A DNA stretch of 63,454 nt, filler included, from Octopus bimaculoides (taxonomy: Eukaryota), in the NCBI RefSeq assembly GCF_001194135.2. It is 6 parts of 6 records of this genome, joined end to end, with 100 filler letters (N's around TTAATTAATTAA, not from the genome) between each part and the next. Parts side by side here need not be neighbours in the genome. Positions count along the whole stretch, not along the records: positions 22,068 to 32,750 come from NC_069004.1; positions 32,851 to 55,544 come from NC_068982.1; 4 more parts are not named here. One strand, given 5' to 3'. Each line of letters starts with the position of its first letter. The first letter of the stretch is position 1. The notes below the pieces were generated by a model, which was not told the DNA's origin, ran no database searches, and saw only the letters and a list, made by a program, of their open reading frames with translations. A program made the translations under genes and the position numbers. Positions 25,451 through 38,998 of this stretch are shown here, in pieces.

Positions 25451-25768
25451 GGAGTGGCTGTGTGGTAAGTAGCTTGCTTACCAACCACATGGTTCCGAGT
25501 TCAGTCCCACTGCGTGGCACCTTTGGCAAGTGCCTTCTACTATAGCCTCGGGCCGACCAAAGCCTTGTGAGTGGATTTGGTAGACGGAAACTGAAAGAAG
25601 TCCGTCGTATATATGTGTATATATATATATATATGTATGTGTGTTTGCGTGTCTGTGTTTGTCCCCCCACCATTGCTTGATAACCGATGATGGTGTGTTT
25701 ACGTCCCCATAACTTAGCGGTTCGGCAAAAGAGACCGATACAATAAGTACTAGGCTTACAAAGAATAA
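25451..25768 (+). mobile_element. SINE family A, young copy cut by a gap
   Basis: GGAGTGGCTGTGTGGTAAGTAGCTTGCTTACCAACCACATGGTTCCGAGTTCAGTCCC with CpGs intact. Confidence 0.9.
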
Positions 25769-27178
25769 NNNNNNNNNNNNNNNNNNNNNNNNNNNNNNNN
25801 NNNNNNNNNNNNNNNNNNNNNNNNNNNNNNNNNNNNNNNNNNNNNNNNNNNNNNNNNNNNNNNNNNNNNNNNNNNNNNNNNNNNNNNNNNNNNNNNNNNN
25901 NNNNNNNNNNNNNNNNNNNNNNNNNNNNNNNNNNNNNNNNNNNNNNNNNNNNNNNNNNNNNNNNNNNNNNNNNNNNNNNNNNNNNNNNNNNNNNNNNNNN
26001 NNNNNNNNNNNNNNNNNNNNNNNNNNNNNNNNNNNNNNNNNNNNNNNNNNNNNNNNNNNNNNNNNNNNNNNNNNNNNNNNNNNNNNNNNNNNNNNNNNNN
26101 NNNNNNNNNNNNNNNNNNNNNNNNNNNNNNNNNNNNNNNNNNNNNNNNNNNNNNNNNNNNNNNNNNNNNNNNNNNNNNNNNNNNNNNNNNNNNNNNNNNN
26201 NNNNNNNNNNNNNNNNNNNNNNNNNNNNNNNNNNNNNNNNNNNNNNNNNNNNNNNNNNNNNNNNNNNNNNNNNNNNNNNNNNNNNNNNNNNNNNNNNNNN
26301 NNNNNNNNNNNNNNNNNNNNNNNNNNNNNNNNNNNNNNNNNNNNNNNNNNNNNNNNNNNNNNNNNNNNNNNNNNNNNNNNNNNNNNNNNNNNNNNNNNNN
26401 NNNNNNNNNNNNNNNNNNNNNNNNNNNNNNNNNNNNNNNNNNNNNNNNNNNNNNNNNNNNNNNNNNNNNNNNNNNNNNNNNNNNNNNNNNNNNNNNNNNN
26501 NNNNNNNNNNNNNNNNNNNNNNNNNNNNNNNNNNNNNNNNNNNNNNNNNNNNNNNNAGAGAGAAAGAAAGAGAGAGAGAAAGAAAGAGAGAGAGAAAGAA
26601 AGAGAGAGAGAAAGAAAGAGAGAGAGAAAGAAAGAGAGAGAGAAAGAAAGAGAGAGAGACAGCGAGAACGAGAGAGAGAGAGAGATGACGGTAATAAAAG
26701 TACAAGACTATCGAATAACTGAAGAGGAAGAATATTCCAAGAGCGATACGATATTTAGTAATGCCGCCAAATGATTCTCTCTGATCTGCTGGTGATGTCT
26801 GTATCGATGCTGAAAGAATTACCAAAATCTGATGTAATATTACGTTAGGTTACTTTGTATGCTTTACACTTTCATGCTCAATTTCTCTTCTTTCTGCAAG
26901 CAGCAGCTCCACAACCCCCGTCACCTTAGTACCTCCATCACCTGCAGTACCCCAAAACCCCAGCTACTCGTCATTCTATATTTCTCTCTCACTCTCATAT
27001 ATTACATAACCGTTTATTTGATTTCCACAAGAATGTTGCGACTTCACCAAATTACCCCTCAGGGTGTAATGCTTCTGATTTTTAATTTACCATTCCCTTA
27101 GAAAGTCAAACCAATTTTAGTGTTATCAGCCGTTAGCGTCAGTTCTTTTTCTTTTTTTATTAGTATTATTTTCTTGTC

Positions 27179-27791
27179 GTGGAGGCGCAATGGCCCAGTG
27201 GTTAGGGCAGCGGACTCGCGGTCATAGGATCGCGGTTTCGATTCCCAGACCGGGCGTTGTGAGTGTTTATTGAGCAAAAACACCTAAAGCTCCACGAGGC
27301 TCCGGCAGGGGATGGTGGCGAACCCTGCTGTACTCTTCCACAACTTTCTCTCACTCTTACTTCCTGTTTCTGTTGTGCCTGTAATTCAAAGGGTCAACCT
27401 TGTCACACTGTGTCACGTTGAATATCCCCGAGAACTACGTTAAGGGTACACGTGTCTGTGGAGTGCTCAGCCACTTGCACGNNNNNNNNNNGTGAGTGTT
27501 TATTGAGCAAAAACACCTAAAGCTCCACGAGGCTCCGGCAGGGGATGGTGGCGAACCCTGCTGTACTCTTCCACAACTTTCTCTCACTCTTACTTCCTGT
27601 TTCTGTTGTGCCTGTAATTCAAAGGGTCAACCTTGTCACACTGTGTCACGTTGAATATCCCCGAGAACTACGTTAAGGGTACACGTGTCTGTGGAGTGCT
27701 CAGCCACTTGCACGTTAATTTCACGAGCAGGCTGTTCCGTTGATCGGATCAACTGGAACCCTCGACGTCGTAAGCGACGGAGTGCCAACAA
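27179..27791 (+). mobile_element. SINE family C with 9-bp TSD TTTCTTGTC (internal duplication across a 10-N gap is an assembly overlap)
   Basis: TSD at 27170-27178 and 27796-27804 brackets the whole unit; 27492-27712 repeats the sequence just before the gap. Confidence 0.9.
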
Positions 27792-27981
27792 AAAATTTCT
27801 TGTCTCTTTCTGTATCTCGATGCCATGGACAGTGGTTGCGGGTTCAAAATCCTGTGAGAAATTATTGAAATACTTCACCATTCCTGTAACTGAAATAAAA
27901 CGGTTAAGATTTATGATTTCATGTTCTCCTGCATAGACCCTGCTGGAGCAATCCTGCAAACTGAAAGTCATCATCTTAATT

Positions 27982-28215
27982 GACGCATGGCCTAGTGGTT
28001 AGAGCGCTGCACGTACGATCGCGAGATCGTGGTTTCTATTCCTTGGTCGGCCCGTGTGTTGTGTTCTTGAGCAAATGACTTCATATCACGTTGCTCTACG
28101 ACCACTTCGACATCTGACGCTTCCTACAACGTGTACCTGATCAGGCAACATCGATTTGATGGAAGGAGCGAGCTTATGTACAAGTCAAATATTTGATCAC
28201 TATAAACAAGTTTAA
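27982..28215 (+). mobile_element. Diverged tRNA-derived SINE (family F) with CORE-like TGTGTTCTTGAGCAA segment
   Basis: TGGCCTAGTGGTTAGAGCG A box, GGTTTCTATTCC B-box-like motif. Confidence 0.6.
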
Positions 28216-28314
28216 GAATTGTTTCAGCTGAGAAGTTCAAGTTTTTTAAAAATAATTCTTTGCAGTTTCTTTCACAACATTGGTTCGTGTCCAGACATTT
28301 AAAATAAGGCTTCT

Positions 28315-28355
<41 letters not shown>

Positions 28356-28469
28356 CTTCCTCAATTGTTCACATTTGTATACATACTTTTCCGCGTGCTT
28401 AATGTGTATACATACTTCAGTCAGTGTTCACATCTGTATATCTACTTCCTCGACTGTTCACATGCATAC

Positions 28470-28745
28470 CTACATTATATATGAGTGTATATGAGTATGT
28501 ATGTATGTATGTATATGTATGTATGTATGTATGTATGTACGTATGTATGTATGTATGTACGTACGTACGTATGTATATATGTATGTGTGTATGTGTGTAT
28601 GTATGTATGTACGTACGTACGTATGTATGTATGTATGTTTGTGCCTGTATGTATGTGTGTGTGTATGTATGTATGTATGTATGTGTGTATGTATGCGTGT
28701 ATGTATGTATGTATGTACGTACGTAGGTACGTATGTATGTGTATG
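28470..28745. repeat. (TATG)/(TACG) compound tetranucleotide satellite
   Basis: Direct inspection. Confidence 0.95.
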
Positions 28746-29169
28746 TGGGGGCGGATAATTCTGTCACGAGCAATAAAAATGGTTGAATCTTACACAAGAT
28801 AACACATCGCTGCTCCTGCTGCAGCTACTACTACTGTTACTACTATTTCTATTACAACCACTATTACTACAACCAATACCACTGCTGTTGCTGCTATTGT
28901 AAACTGTTATCTCCGTCAGGTCTGTCGGTGGAACTTTTAGTGAATTGAATCTTGTTTTAAACTGTCTTCTCTCCTGGGTTGTACTTATTTCAATTAGTTC
29001 TGCCAGTAAAAGCCAACAGAACAACTTTCAATGAATTAAATTGAAGAATAACCCAAGGGAGACAACAGCTGTAATGCTACTTGTTAGCCCCCCACCCCCC
29101 ACCCCCCAACCATATGGTTTGTTTGAAGCCTAGTAATAACAATAACAATAACAACAACAACAACAATAA

Positions 29170-29387
29170 TAATAAAAATATTCAGACAAATACATAACAA
29201 AAACACCAGGACTTACAAATATATATAACATACAGAAAATTGCACTACTGGGCACTGCACACATCCCACGCAAAACACTTTCAATACAGTAACCATAAGA
29301 GCACCACAGCAAACCACAGCACATACCCAAGGCACACAGAGCTGCGCTCGGTAGTGAAGTGAAAGCACGTTATAAAAATAAAACTAC
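29170..29387 (+). mobile_element. R4/Dong-type non-LTR 3' end
   Basis: KYSDKYITKTPGLTNIYNIQKIALLGTAHIPRKTLSIQ* and 3' UTR, near-identical to 49105-49330; preceded by (TAA/CAA)n. Confidence 0.88.
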
Positions 29388-30524
29388 NNNNNNNNNNNNN
29401 NNNNNNNNNNNNNNNNNNNNNNNNNNNNNNNNNNNNNNNNNNNNNNNNNNNNNNNNNNNNNNNNNNNNNNNNNNNNNNNNNNNNNNNNNNNNNNNNNNNN
29501 NNNNNNNNNNNNNNNNNNNNNNNNNNNNNNNNNNNNNNNNNNNNNNNNNNNNNNNNNNNNNNNNNNNNNNNNNNNNNNNNNNNNNNNNNNNNNNNNNNNN
29601 NNNNNNNNNNNNNNNNNNNNNNNNNNNNNNNNNNNNNNNNNNNNNNNNNNNNNNNNNNNNNNNNNNNNNNNNNNNNNNNNNNNNNNNNNNNNNNNNNNNN
29701 NNNNNNNNNNNNNNNNNNNNNNNNNNNNNNNNNNNNNNNNNNNNNNNNNNNNNNNNNNNNNNNNNNNNNNNNNNNNNNNNNNNNNNNNNNNNNNNNNNNN
29801 NNNNNNNNNNNNNNNNNNNNNNNNNNNNNNNNNNNNNNNNNNNNNNNNNNNNNNNNNNNNNNNNNNNNNNNNNNNNNNNNNNNNNNNNNNNNNNNNNNNN
29901 NNNNNNNNNNNNNNNNNNNNNNNNNNNNNNNNNNNNNNNNNNNNNNNNNNNNNNNNNNNNNNNNNNNNNNNNNNNNNNNNNNNNNNNNNNNNNNNNNNNN
30001 NNNNNNNNNNNNNNNNNNNNNNNNNNNNNNNNNNNNNNNNNNNNNNNNNNNNNNNNNNNNNNNNNNNNNNNNNNNNNNNNNNNNNNNNNNNNNNNNNNNN
30101 NNNNNNNNNNNNNNNNNNNNNNNNNNNNNNNNNNNNNNNNNNNNNNNNNNNNNNNNNNNNNNNNNNNNNNNNNNNGGGGGGGGGGCTGGATGGGATTGGG
30201 GGTGGTGGTAGTGATGGTTGTGCTGCTGTTACTACTAGTGCTTGTGGCGAGGTACCAGATCGATTCACTCTAATTAATCTAGCGCATGTATTTAAACGAG
30301 TAATTACGAAATCTACTTAAGTTTAAATCATCAGATGGCGAGTTTAGTCGACGGGGAGTGAAAAGAACGCTCAAAGAAGACCCTATCGAACCACATAACC
30401 AATCCTCCCCTGCCAATCTCAAACACATATCTTTCGATTTTAACACCAAAGAGAAGTTATTTGTTGGCTACTTTGAAATTTCTAAAATAATTTCTATCGC
30501 TCATTAATTTGACACGACTTCGGT

Positions 30525-30614
30525 CAGACAGTATCACCAGTGAAACACTTGGGTCGATGTAATCGACGAGTTCCCTTCTCCCAAATTTCAGGCCTTGTAC
30601 TATATTAGAAAGGA

Positions 30615-30620
<6 letters not shown>
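30525..30620 (+). mobile_element. SINE family B 3' fragment ending in (TTA)n
   Basis: ACCAGTGAAACACTTGGGTCGATGTAATCGAC...TTTCAGGCCTTGTAC. Confidence 0.75.
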
Positions 30621-30649
<29 letters not shown>

Positions 30650-30720
30650 GCTGTTGTTTTAAACACTTTTACATAAGTTCCATCGGCACTACTGAAGTGC
30701 ACCCTCATGTCCCTGAGACG

Positions 30721-30755
<35 letters not shown>

Positions 30756-31360
30756 TGCTGCATTGTACTTGATCTGTCATGTGGTTCGGTCTGTTGTTTC
30801 TGATGTTATTATAGTGTTTCTTGTCTTTCCCACGTCGTCGATGTCTCACTTTAGCTGGTTTTACTGAGTCAAGGCTGTCAACTCCACGCAAACGACGAGG
30901 GTCAGATACGGACTTTTTTCCTTTTCCTTTTTTCCCAATTTTGAAAACTTGAAGGCAGCCATCTTTATAATTACTGATGTATTGGGGTTAGACACTTGAC
31001 GTGATANNNNNNNNNNNNNNNNNNNNNNNNNNNNNNNNNNNNNNNNNNNNNNNNNNNNNNNNNNNNNNNNNNNNNNNNNNNNNNNNNNNNNNNNNNNNNN
31101 NNNNNNNNNNNNNNNNNNNNNNNNNNNNNNNNNNNNNNNNNNNNNNNNNNNNNNNNNNNNNNNNNNNNNNNNNNNNNNNNNNNNNNNNNNNNNNNNNNNN
31201 NNNNNNNNNNNNNNNNNNNNNNNNNNNNNNNNNNNNNNNNNNNNNNNNNNNNNNNNNNNNNNNNNNNNNNNNNNNNNNNNNNNNNNNNNNNNNNNNNNNN
31301 NNNNNNNNNNNNNNNNNNNNNNNNNNNNNNNNNNNNNNNNNNNNNNNNNNNNNNNNNNNN

Positions 31361-31655
31361 CTAAAGCATTTTGAGTAGTTTTGTAGACGGAACTGAAAAA
31401 TGCCCGTTGAATGTGTGTGTGTGTGTGTGTGTGTGTACGTGTCTTTGTATTTGTGTTTATCCCAAACCACTGCTTGACAACCGGTGTTAATGTGTTTATG
31501 TCCCCGTAAATTAGCGGTTCTGCAAAAGTGGCCGATAGAATAAGGATCGGGCTTAAGCAAAATAAGTACTGGGATTGATTCGTTCGACTAATATTCTCCA
31601 AGGTGTTGCCCCAGCATGGCCGCCGTATAATGATTGAAACAAGTAAAATATAAAA
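31361..31655 (+). mobile_element. SINE family A (5' end lost in gap)
   Basis: GTAGACGGAACTGAAAAATGCCCG...CCCCAGCATGGCCGC. Confidence 0.8.
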
Positions 31656-31657
31656 GA

Positions 31658-31688
<31 letters not shown>

Positions 31689-31697
31689 TAAAAGCAT

Positions 31698-31739
<42 letters not shown>

Positions 31740-32469
31740 TGGTAGAAAGCTGGTATATCCATTGATATCTATTGAATATACACAAATATTTACAACATAT
31801 GTCATGTAATTTGAAAAAAACTCTCTTAACATAACAGTTATTTATGCATGCACATACGCACACACATAAATACGTCTAGACATATTCGCTGAATTAAGCC
31901 ACACATGCGGTCAGTCCATCCATACAGACATCCCTCCATACTCACATCAATACAAAATTCGTTGATCTTTCACAAAGGATGTTGATTCTTCGTTGGAAAC
32001 CAGTTATACAACAACAACAACAACAACAACAACAGCTATAACAAATAGATAGTGTAATGAAATTTCCTCCTCTTCCCCGCCCCCCGCTAGTCACATATTG
32101 AATCATTACAAATATTGCCACCACCACAGACTTTCTGTAACATTTTTGTGAGAAACGTTTTTTTTTTTTGTTCTATAGCCCAAGTACGAAACATGACCGA
32201 ATAAAATTATTACGAGAGCCGTTCCCAACATGACCATCTCGCCTTATATTCAGTGAGTGTTTTATCTAGGAATACCTTATCTAACCTGGGTTTTTTTTTC
32301 CCCTTTATCTAAGAATCATAAGGATATGATTCGCGGAGGATTTAGCTGCTATATCTAGCAGCTCCTTGTCAATTCTACTTTCACTTTTAGAAGAAAACCA
32401 ATCACTCGTCAATACTGAGTTTCTCTCTCTCCCTCCCTTCCTCCCTCTCTCTATCTATGTATCCATCCG

Positions 32470-32519
<50 letters not shown>

Positions 32520-32543
32520 CGTTTGTCTGTCTGTATCTCCCCC

Positions 32544-32590
<47 letters not shown>

Positions 32591-32850
32591 ACCCACTCCT
32601 CTTATTTCTAACCATTCATCTACCGCCACTCTCTTTCTCCTCTTGCCCCCATCCCTCCCTTTATTCCAACTCCTCTTCCACCCTTCCCATCCCATAATGC
32701 TTCAGTAGTTAAGTGTTGTAACATTTGCTAGACAAACATTATCCCCTACCNNNNNNNNNNNNNNNNNNNNNNNNNNNNNNNNNNNNNNNNNNNNTTAATT
32801 AATTAANNNNNNNNNNNNNNNNNNNNNNNNNNNNNNNNNNNNNNNNNNNN

Positions 32851-32950
32851 AGCCTGGTGTTGCCATCCGGTTTCACCAGTCCTCAGTCAAATCGTCCAAC
32901 CCATGCTAGCATGGAAAGCGGACGTTAAACGATGATGATGATGATGATGA
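32851..32950 (+). mobile_element. RTE-type LINE/SINE 3' tail with (GAT)n end
   Basis: CCATGCTAGCATGGAAAGCGGACGTTAAAC(GAT)n, essentially the same 3' end as the RTE at 58075-59240. Confidence 0.85.
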
Positions 32951-33184
32951 TATATAACAATTAGAAAATGGAGGATAATATGCTGAACCCAACTACTTGC
33001 AGACAATGTATCCCGTTGAATTCATTAATTTAATTCATAGCAAAAGTGACAAAAAAAGAAGAAAGAAAAAGAAAGAAAGAACCAAAGCACAGGTGTCTAT
33101 GGCAGACTATGTTATTTTGCCAACCTGGTTTACATATAGAAGTACAAAGTACATAAGGAATTAGAGATATATATATATATATGT

Positions 33185-33490
33185 ATGTGTTTGTGTGTTT
33201 GTTGTGTTTGTCCCCCCACCATCGCTTGCCAACTGATGGTGGTGTGTTTACGTCCCCATAACATAGCGGTTTGGCAAAAGAGACCGATAGAATAAGTACT
33301 AGGCTTACAAAGAATGTCCTGGGATTGATTTGCTTGACTAAAGGCGGTGCTCCAGCTTGGCCGCAGTCAAATGACTGAAACAAGTACAAAACTTTAAAAA
33401 ATAAGTACCACAGTTGATTTGTTTGACTAAAACCTTCAAAGTGGTGCCCCAGCATGGCCGCAGTCCAAAGACTGAAACAATTAAAAGATG
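33185..33490 (+). mobile_element. SINE family A 3' half with duplicated terminal module
   Basis: The GACTAAA...CCAGC(A/T)TGGCCGCAGTC...GACTGAAAC module occurs twice. Confidence 0.8.
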
Positions 33491-33601
33491 AAAGAAAGAT
33501 AAATGATAATATTGCTTAGTGGTCAAACAACCATGTAGAGGCTATTTTATTGGTCAAGCCGATTTATGGACATTGCAGATTACTGCTGCTGCTGCTGCTA
33601 C

Positions 33602-33632
<31 letters not shown>

Positions 33633-33814
33633 AGATAATGATATACCACTTATTGACTTGAAGACGAAACTGAATCGGAATATTTCATGTTGCTATCATC
33701 TTCCATTTTATTACAGAATCAAAGTAGATATGGCGTTGCGTTGAGTCAAAAGTCTTGTAATAGTTTTGGTAACTTTTCTGCTTTATTTTGTCAAGTATAA
33801 ACAAAAGCAGCCTA

Positions 33815-34412
33815 GCGTCTTGAAGAATTTTAGTTGAAAGAATCGATGCTGGTACTTATGTTTTAAACCTGATGCTTATTCTATTGGTCACACTTGCTGA
33901 AGTGCTAAGTTGTGGGAATGTAAACATACCAACACTGGTTGTCAAGCAGTGGGGCAGACACACAAAGACGCACACACACACGCACACACAAGGTGACGAG
34001 CTGGCAGATACGTTAGCACGCTGGATGAAATGCTTAACTGTATTTTGTCTGCCGTTACGTTCTGAGTTCAAATTCCGCCAAGGTCGACTTTTCCTTTCAT
34101 CCTTTCAGGGTCGATAAATTAAATACCAGTTATGCACTGGGGTCGATATAATCAACTTAATCCGTTTGTCTGTCCTTGTTTGTCCCCTCTGTGTGTAGCC
34201 CCTTGTGGGTAGTAAAGAAATAACATACACACACACACACGTATATATATGATGGGCTTCTTTTCATTTTCTGTCCATCAAATCCACTCACAATACTTTG
34301 GTGAAGCTAAGGCTATAGTAGAAAATACTTGCTCAAGGAGCCACACAGTGGGACTGAACCCAGAACCATCTGATTGGGAAGCAAACTTCTACCACACAGC
34401 CAAGCCCACACC
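33815..34412 (-). mobile_element. SINE family A (minus) with a SINE B (plus, 33989-34222) inserted in its internal microsatellite
   Basis: A 3' half 33815-33988 and A 5' half 34223-34412 flank a complete B copy within (CA)n. Confidence 0.8.
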
Positions 34413-34699
34413 TATAATATAATTACTTACCTCTAATAACAAAACACACATACACTGTGTGTGTGTTTTTGCTTATACTGGTTTGCGTGTGGTTTTTTGC
34501 TATTACTGGTTCAACGAACAAGTCAGACGACAAATGGTGAATTGGACTCACAGCAGGCTAGCAGACTGGATTATATAATTTGGTGGAAAAGGTTAAACAC
34601 TGTATACATATAAGTCTGTTTCTCTTCTCTCTTAATAGAGTTGCTTAAGGAACTCCCGTAGGAGAGAGACAGGTGTATATGTGTCACATTTAACCATTT

Positions 34700-34805
34700 A
34701 ACTAAATTATACATTCATCTCTGTCTGTCTTTTTCTGTCTCTCTGTGTGTCTATATATATATGTATATATATACACATACGCACACTCATATCCATACAT
34801 ATATA

Positions 34806-34875
<70 letters not shown>

Positions 34876-34973
34876 TGTATATGTATGTGTGTGTGTATAC
34901 ACACACACATATACATATATTTATATATATATATATATATATACATATATATATCAATAGATAGACACATACA

Positions 34974-35008
<35 letters not shown>

Positions 35009-35048
35009 GTATATATATACATGCACACATATACATGCACTTACAAAC

Positions 35049-35111
<63 letters not shown>

Positions 35112-35614
35112 GTTTCTTTTTTTGATTTCAGCTGTATGCTTTCAGAACAATTCCATTACAAGATTATCCATTAACCTAAGAAAGCACCTAAATATCTTAT
35201 TTGTTTGCTATTTGTTTGTTCCAAACTCTTAGATATTTATTCTCTGAGAGTAAGGGCTTCCAAATATCTTTCTCTTGGACTGATTGGCTCCGTTCTGCCA
35301 TTCACCATCTTCTCTTCTGGCTACTTGTTGGATCTTAAGGCAGCATTTTGAGATTATTGTTTAATTTTCATTCATTGTCATTCAGCTTGGAGAATAAACA
35401 TCTGCCGACGCTTTCCTTACCGTTTTTTCCTTGCAATTTTTCCGTTTTGTTTTCAGTAAAAGGAAACCAGTATAGATCTGCATGTGTGTGCATACATGTG
35501 CACGTGCGCGTTTTGGCTGGTGGAAGTTTGTTTCAATACAGTTGTGTAGTTGGTTGCACAAACACTTGTAGATGTATAGATTCAAGTGCAGAGTGTGTGT
35601 GTAGTTGGTGTGGG

Positions 35615-35647
<33 letters not shown>

Positions 35648-35673
35648 AAGTATGNNNNNNNNNNGCAAGTATG

Positions 35674-35704
<31 letters not shown>

Positions 35705-35883
35705 GCACATGTGTGTGTATACACAGACGTGTATGCATGTATGTATATGTGCGTGTATATATATATATATATATATATATGCATACATTATATACATATA
35801 TATACACATGTATATATACATATATACACATGTATATATATATATGCATATATATACACATATGTATATATATATGTATATAT

Positions 35884-35920
<37 letters not shown>

Positions 35921-36560
35921 NNNNNNNNNNNNNNNNNNNNNNNNNNNNNNNNNNNNNNNNNNNNNNNNNNNNNNNNNNNNNNNNNNNNNNNNNNNNNNNN
36001 NNNNNNNNNNNNNNNNNNNNNNNNNNNNNNNNNNNNNNNNNNNNNNNNNNNNNNNNNNNNNNNNNNNNNNNNNNNNNNNNNNNNNNNNNNNNNNNNNNNN
36101 NNNNNNNNNNNNNNNNNNNNNNNNNNNNNNNNNNNNNNNNNNNNNNNNNNNNNNNNNNNNNNNNNNNNNNNNNNNNNNNNNNNNNNNNNNNNNNNNNNNN
36201 NNNNNNNNNNNNNNNNNNNNNNNNNNNNNNNNNNNNNNNNNNNNNNNNNNNNNNNATATATATATATGTATATATATATGTATATATATACATATATATG
36301 TATATATATATACATATATAAGTATACATATATATATGCATATATATATATACACACACACCTATGCATGTATGTAATCTTCAGATATACATATGTATTT
36401 GTCTTTGTCTTTATGTATGTATGTATGTATGTATGTGTATATATATATATATATGTATATGTATATATGCCTGTGTACTTGCACACACACACACACACAT
36501 ATATATATACACACACACACATACACATGCATACTCAAATGCACACTCACACACACACAT
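34700..36560. repeat. Compound (TA)/(CA)/(TG) low-complexity block with gaps
   Basis: Direct inspection. Confidence 0.9.
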
Positions 36561-37029
36561 ACACGTACACATCCACAGGTATCTTACATAGCTCTCGTAC
36601 ATCCTCTCTCTATATTCATATTCTTTAAGCTAGAGTGGTTTGCTTCTTATCTTAAACCTTTTCTCATACTACAATAGGTGCGATAGCTTGGCAAACCGGG
36701 AATATTTTCAGGAAATATTCCAATATCTCTATCATGACTGCATTTTCTTCATCATGCTAAGCAATCAATTATGAAATGAGATTTTTACATCTCTTGGATA
36801 TCTTTTTTTTTTTACTTTTGTTTCCTTTTTTTTTTCTTCCTATTTTCAAGCTTCGTTATGTGTAAAATAATGTGTTTTTGATGAAGGGCTCTACCCCAGA
36901 AAACTTGGAGACTTTTTTTTTCTTTTTCTCTTGTCTTCTCAGAACGTGAGAAATGTAGCTTGGCTTTGGGATTCTTTTTTTTTTGTTTTTATTACAGAAC
37001 TAACTCTTGCCAAATGTGAGATAACACCA

Positions 37030-37062
37030 CACGATTACTATTACAATTACTGCTGCTGTTAC

Positions 37063-37095
<33 letters not shown>

Positions 37096-37950
37096 TACTG
37101 CTACTACTACAACCACTACTATCCCCCACAATTCTGGCATTAACCATCACCACCACCACTGTTCCCACTACCACCACCACTACTAACACCACCACCACCA
37201 CCACCACTACTGCTACTACTACAACCACTACTATCCCCCCACAATTCTGGCATTAACCATCACCACCACCACCACCACTGTTCCCACTACCACCACCACT
37301 ACTAACACCACCACCNNNNNNNNNNNNNNNNNNNNNNNNNNNNNNNNNNNNNNNNNNNNNNNNNNNNNNNNNNNNNNNNNNNNNNNNNNNNNNNNNNNNN
37401 NNNNNNNNNNNNNNNNNNNNNNNNNNNNNNNNNNNNNNNNNNNNNNNNNNNNNNNNNNNNNNNNNNNNNNNNNNNNNNNNNNNNNNNNNNNNNNNNNNNN
37501 NNNNNNNNNNNNNNNNNNNNNNNNNNNNNNNNNNNNNNNNNNNNNNNNNNNNNNNNNNNNNNNNNNNNNNNNNNNNNNNNNNNNNNNNNACTACCACCAC
37601 CACTGCTCCCACTACCACCACCACCACTGCTCCCACTATCACCACCACCACAACCACTATCACTGCCACCACCACCACCATCATGTTGCCATCAACCACT
37701 ACCACCACCAACACCACCGATTTCTCCATCACTACTTCTCTCTACAATTTCAGCCACCACCTCCACCACGCCATACCACCACCATCGCATACTGCCACCC
37801 TCATATTGCTTCTGCTGTTTCTGCCTCATCACTTCCACCCACCCACATCACAACCCCTTCAACTTCACCTCAACCAGTACACCTCCACCCCACCATCACT
37901 TCCACTGCATCAACCAACAACACACCTGACTACCAGTTTCCCCAATCCTT
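37030..37950. repeat. (ACC/ACT)-rich trinucleotide region containing a roughly 110-bp tandem unit
   Basis: ACAACCACTACTATCCCC(C)CACAATTCTGGCATTAACCATCACCACC...GTTCCCACTACC at about 37110 and 37220. Confidence 0.8.
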
Positions 37951-38381
37951 CCCGTCAGACTCCTAGAATTCTTGAGCTAATATTTGAAAAGCTTAAACAG
38001 ACATGAAAGAATAACAGGCATCACATCTTAACAGCACAACAATTGGTAAAGGGGACATGGTTCGGTGTGTTAGCAACTGGATAACCAGCTGAAAAGTTCG
38101 GGGGTTCAAATTCACAGTAAATTCTTAGCTGCATGCAATTTAGGTTGTCCACTTCATTTTATGTGACATTATATAGCTCTCTAAGGCGGTGAGCTGGCAG
38201 AAACATTAGCACGCCGGGCGAAATGCTTAGCGGTATTTCATAGATCCAACAGAACCCTACCACAACTACAGATGCCAACAGGTAGCCTAAACTGTGCTGG
38301 AGCTTGACTCAACATTTAAACACACTAATCGAATTATACCTATTAGTCTAAAATATTTATTATTATTATATATATAGACAT

Positions 38382-38965
38382 AGGAGTAGCTGTGTGGTAA
38401 GTAGCTTGCTTACCAACCACATGGTTCCGGATTCAGTCCCACTCCATGGCATCTTGGGCAAGTGTCTTATACTATAGCCTCAGGCCAACCAAAGTCTTGT
38501 GAGATGATTTGGTAGACGGAAACTGAAAGAAGCTGAAGCAGAAAGGCAGTGAGCTGGCAGAAACGTTAGCACGCCGGGCGAAATGCTTAGTGGTATTTCA
38601 TCTGTCTTTACGTTCTGAGTTCAAATTCCGCCAAGGTCAACTTTGCCTTTCTTCCTTTCGGGGTCGATAAATTAACCACCAGTTACACATTGGGGTCGAT
38701 GTAATCGACGTAATCCCTTTGTTTGTTCTTGTTTAGCTCCTTGTGGGCAATAAAAAAATAAAAAACGTTAGCACACCGGGCGAAATGCTTAGCGGTATTT
38801 CGTCTGCCGTTACCTTCTGAGTTCAAATTCCGCTGAGGTCGACTTTGTCTTTCATCCTTTCGGGGTTGATAGATTAAGTACCAGTCACATACTTGGGTCG
38901 ATCTAATCGACTGCCCCCCACCCCCAAATAAAAATTTCTGGCCTTGTGCCTAGAGTAGAAAAGAT
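38382..38965 (+). mobile_element. SINE A head followed by two tandem SINE B copies
   Basis: A head 38382-38535; B 38543-38760; 5'-truncated B 38764-38965. Confidence 0.85.
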
Positions 38966-38998
38966 TATATAGCTGTCTGGTGCTGGTACCATGTAAAA

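Noticed and set aside
26719-26750. CUGAAGA followed by hairpin GGAA-GAATA-TTCC
   Set aside because: Next bases are AAGAG, not GAAA, with no stem I or III; at best a fossil.
27250-27712. Apparent tandem duplication of SINE C
   Set aside because: The copies straddle a 10-N gap and a single TSD pair brackets the whole unit; contig overlap artefact. Similar overlaps occur at 35646-35673, 45670-45730 and 57613-58130.
28890-29024. ERRQFKTRFN peptide reminiscent of GIY-YIG helix
   Set aside because: Lacks YIG and flanking motifs; similarity too short.
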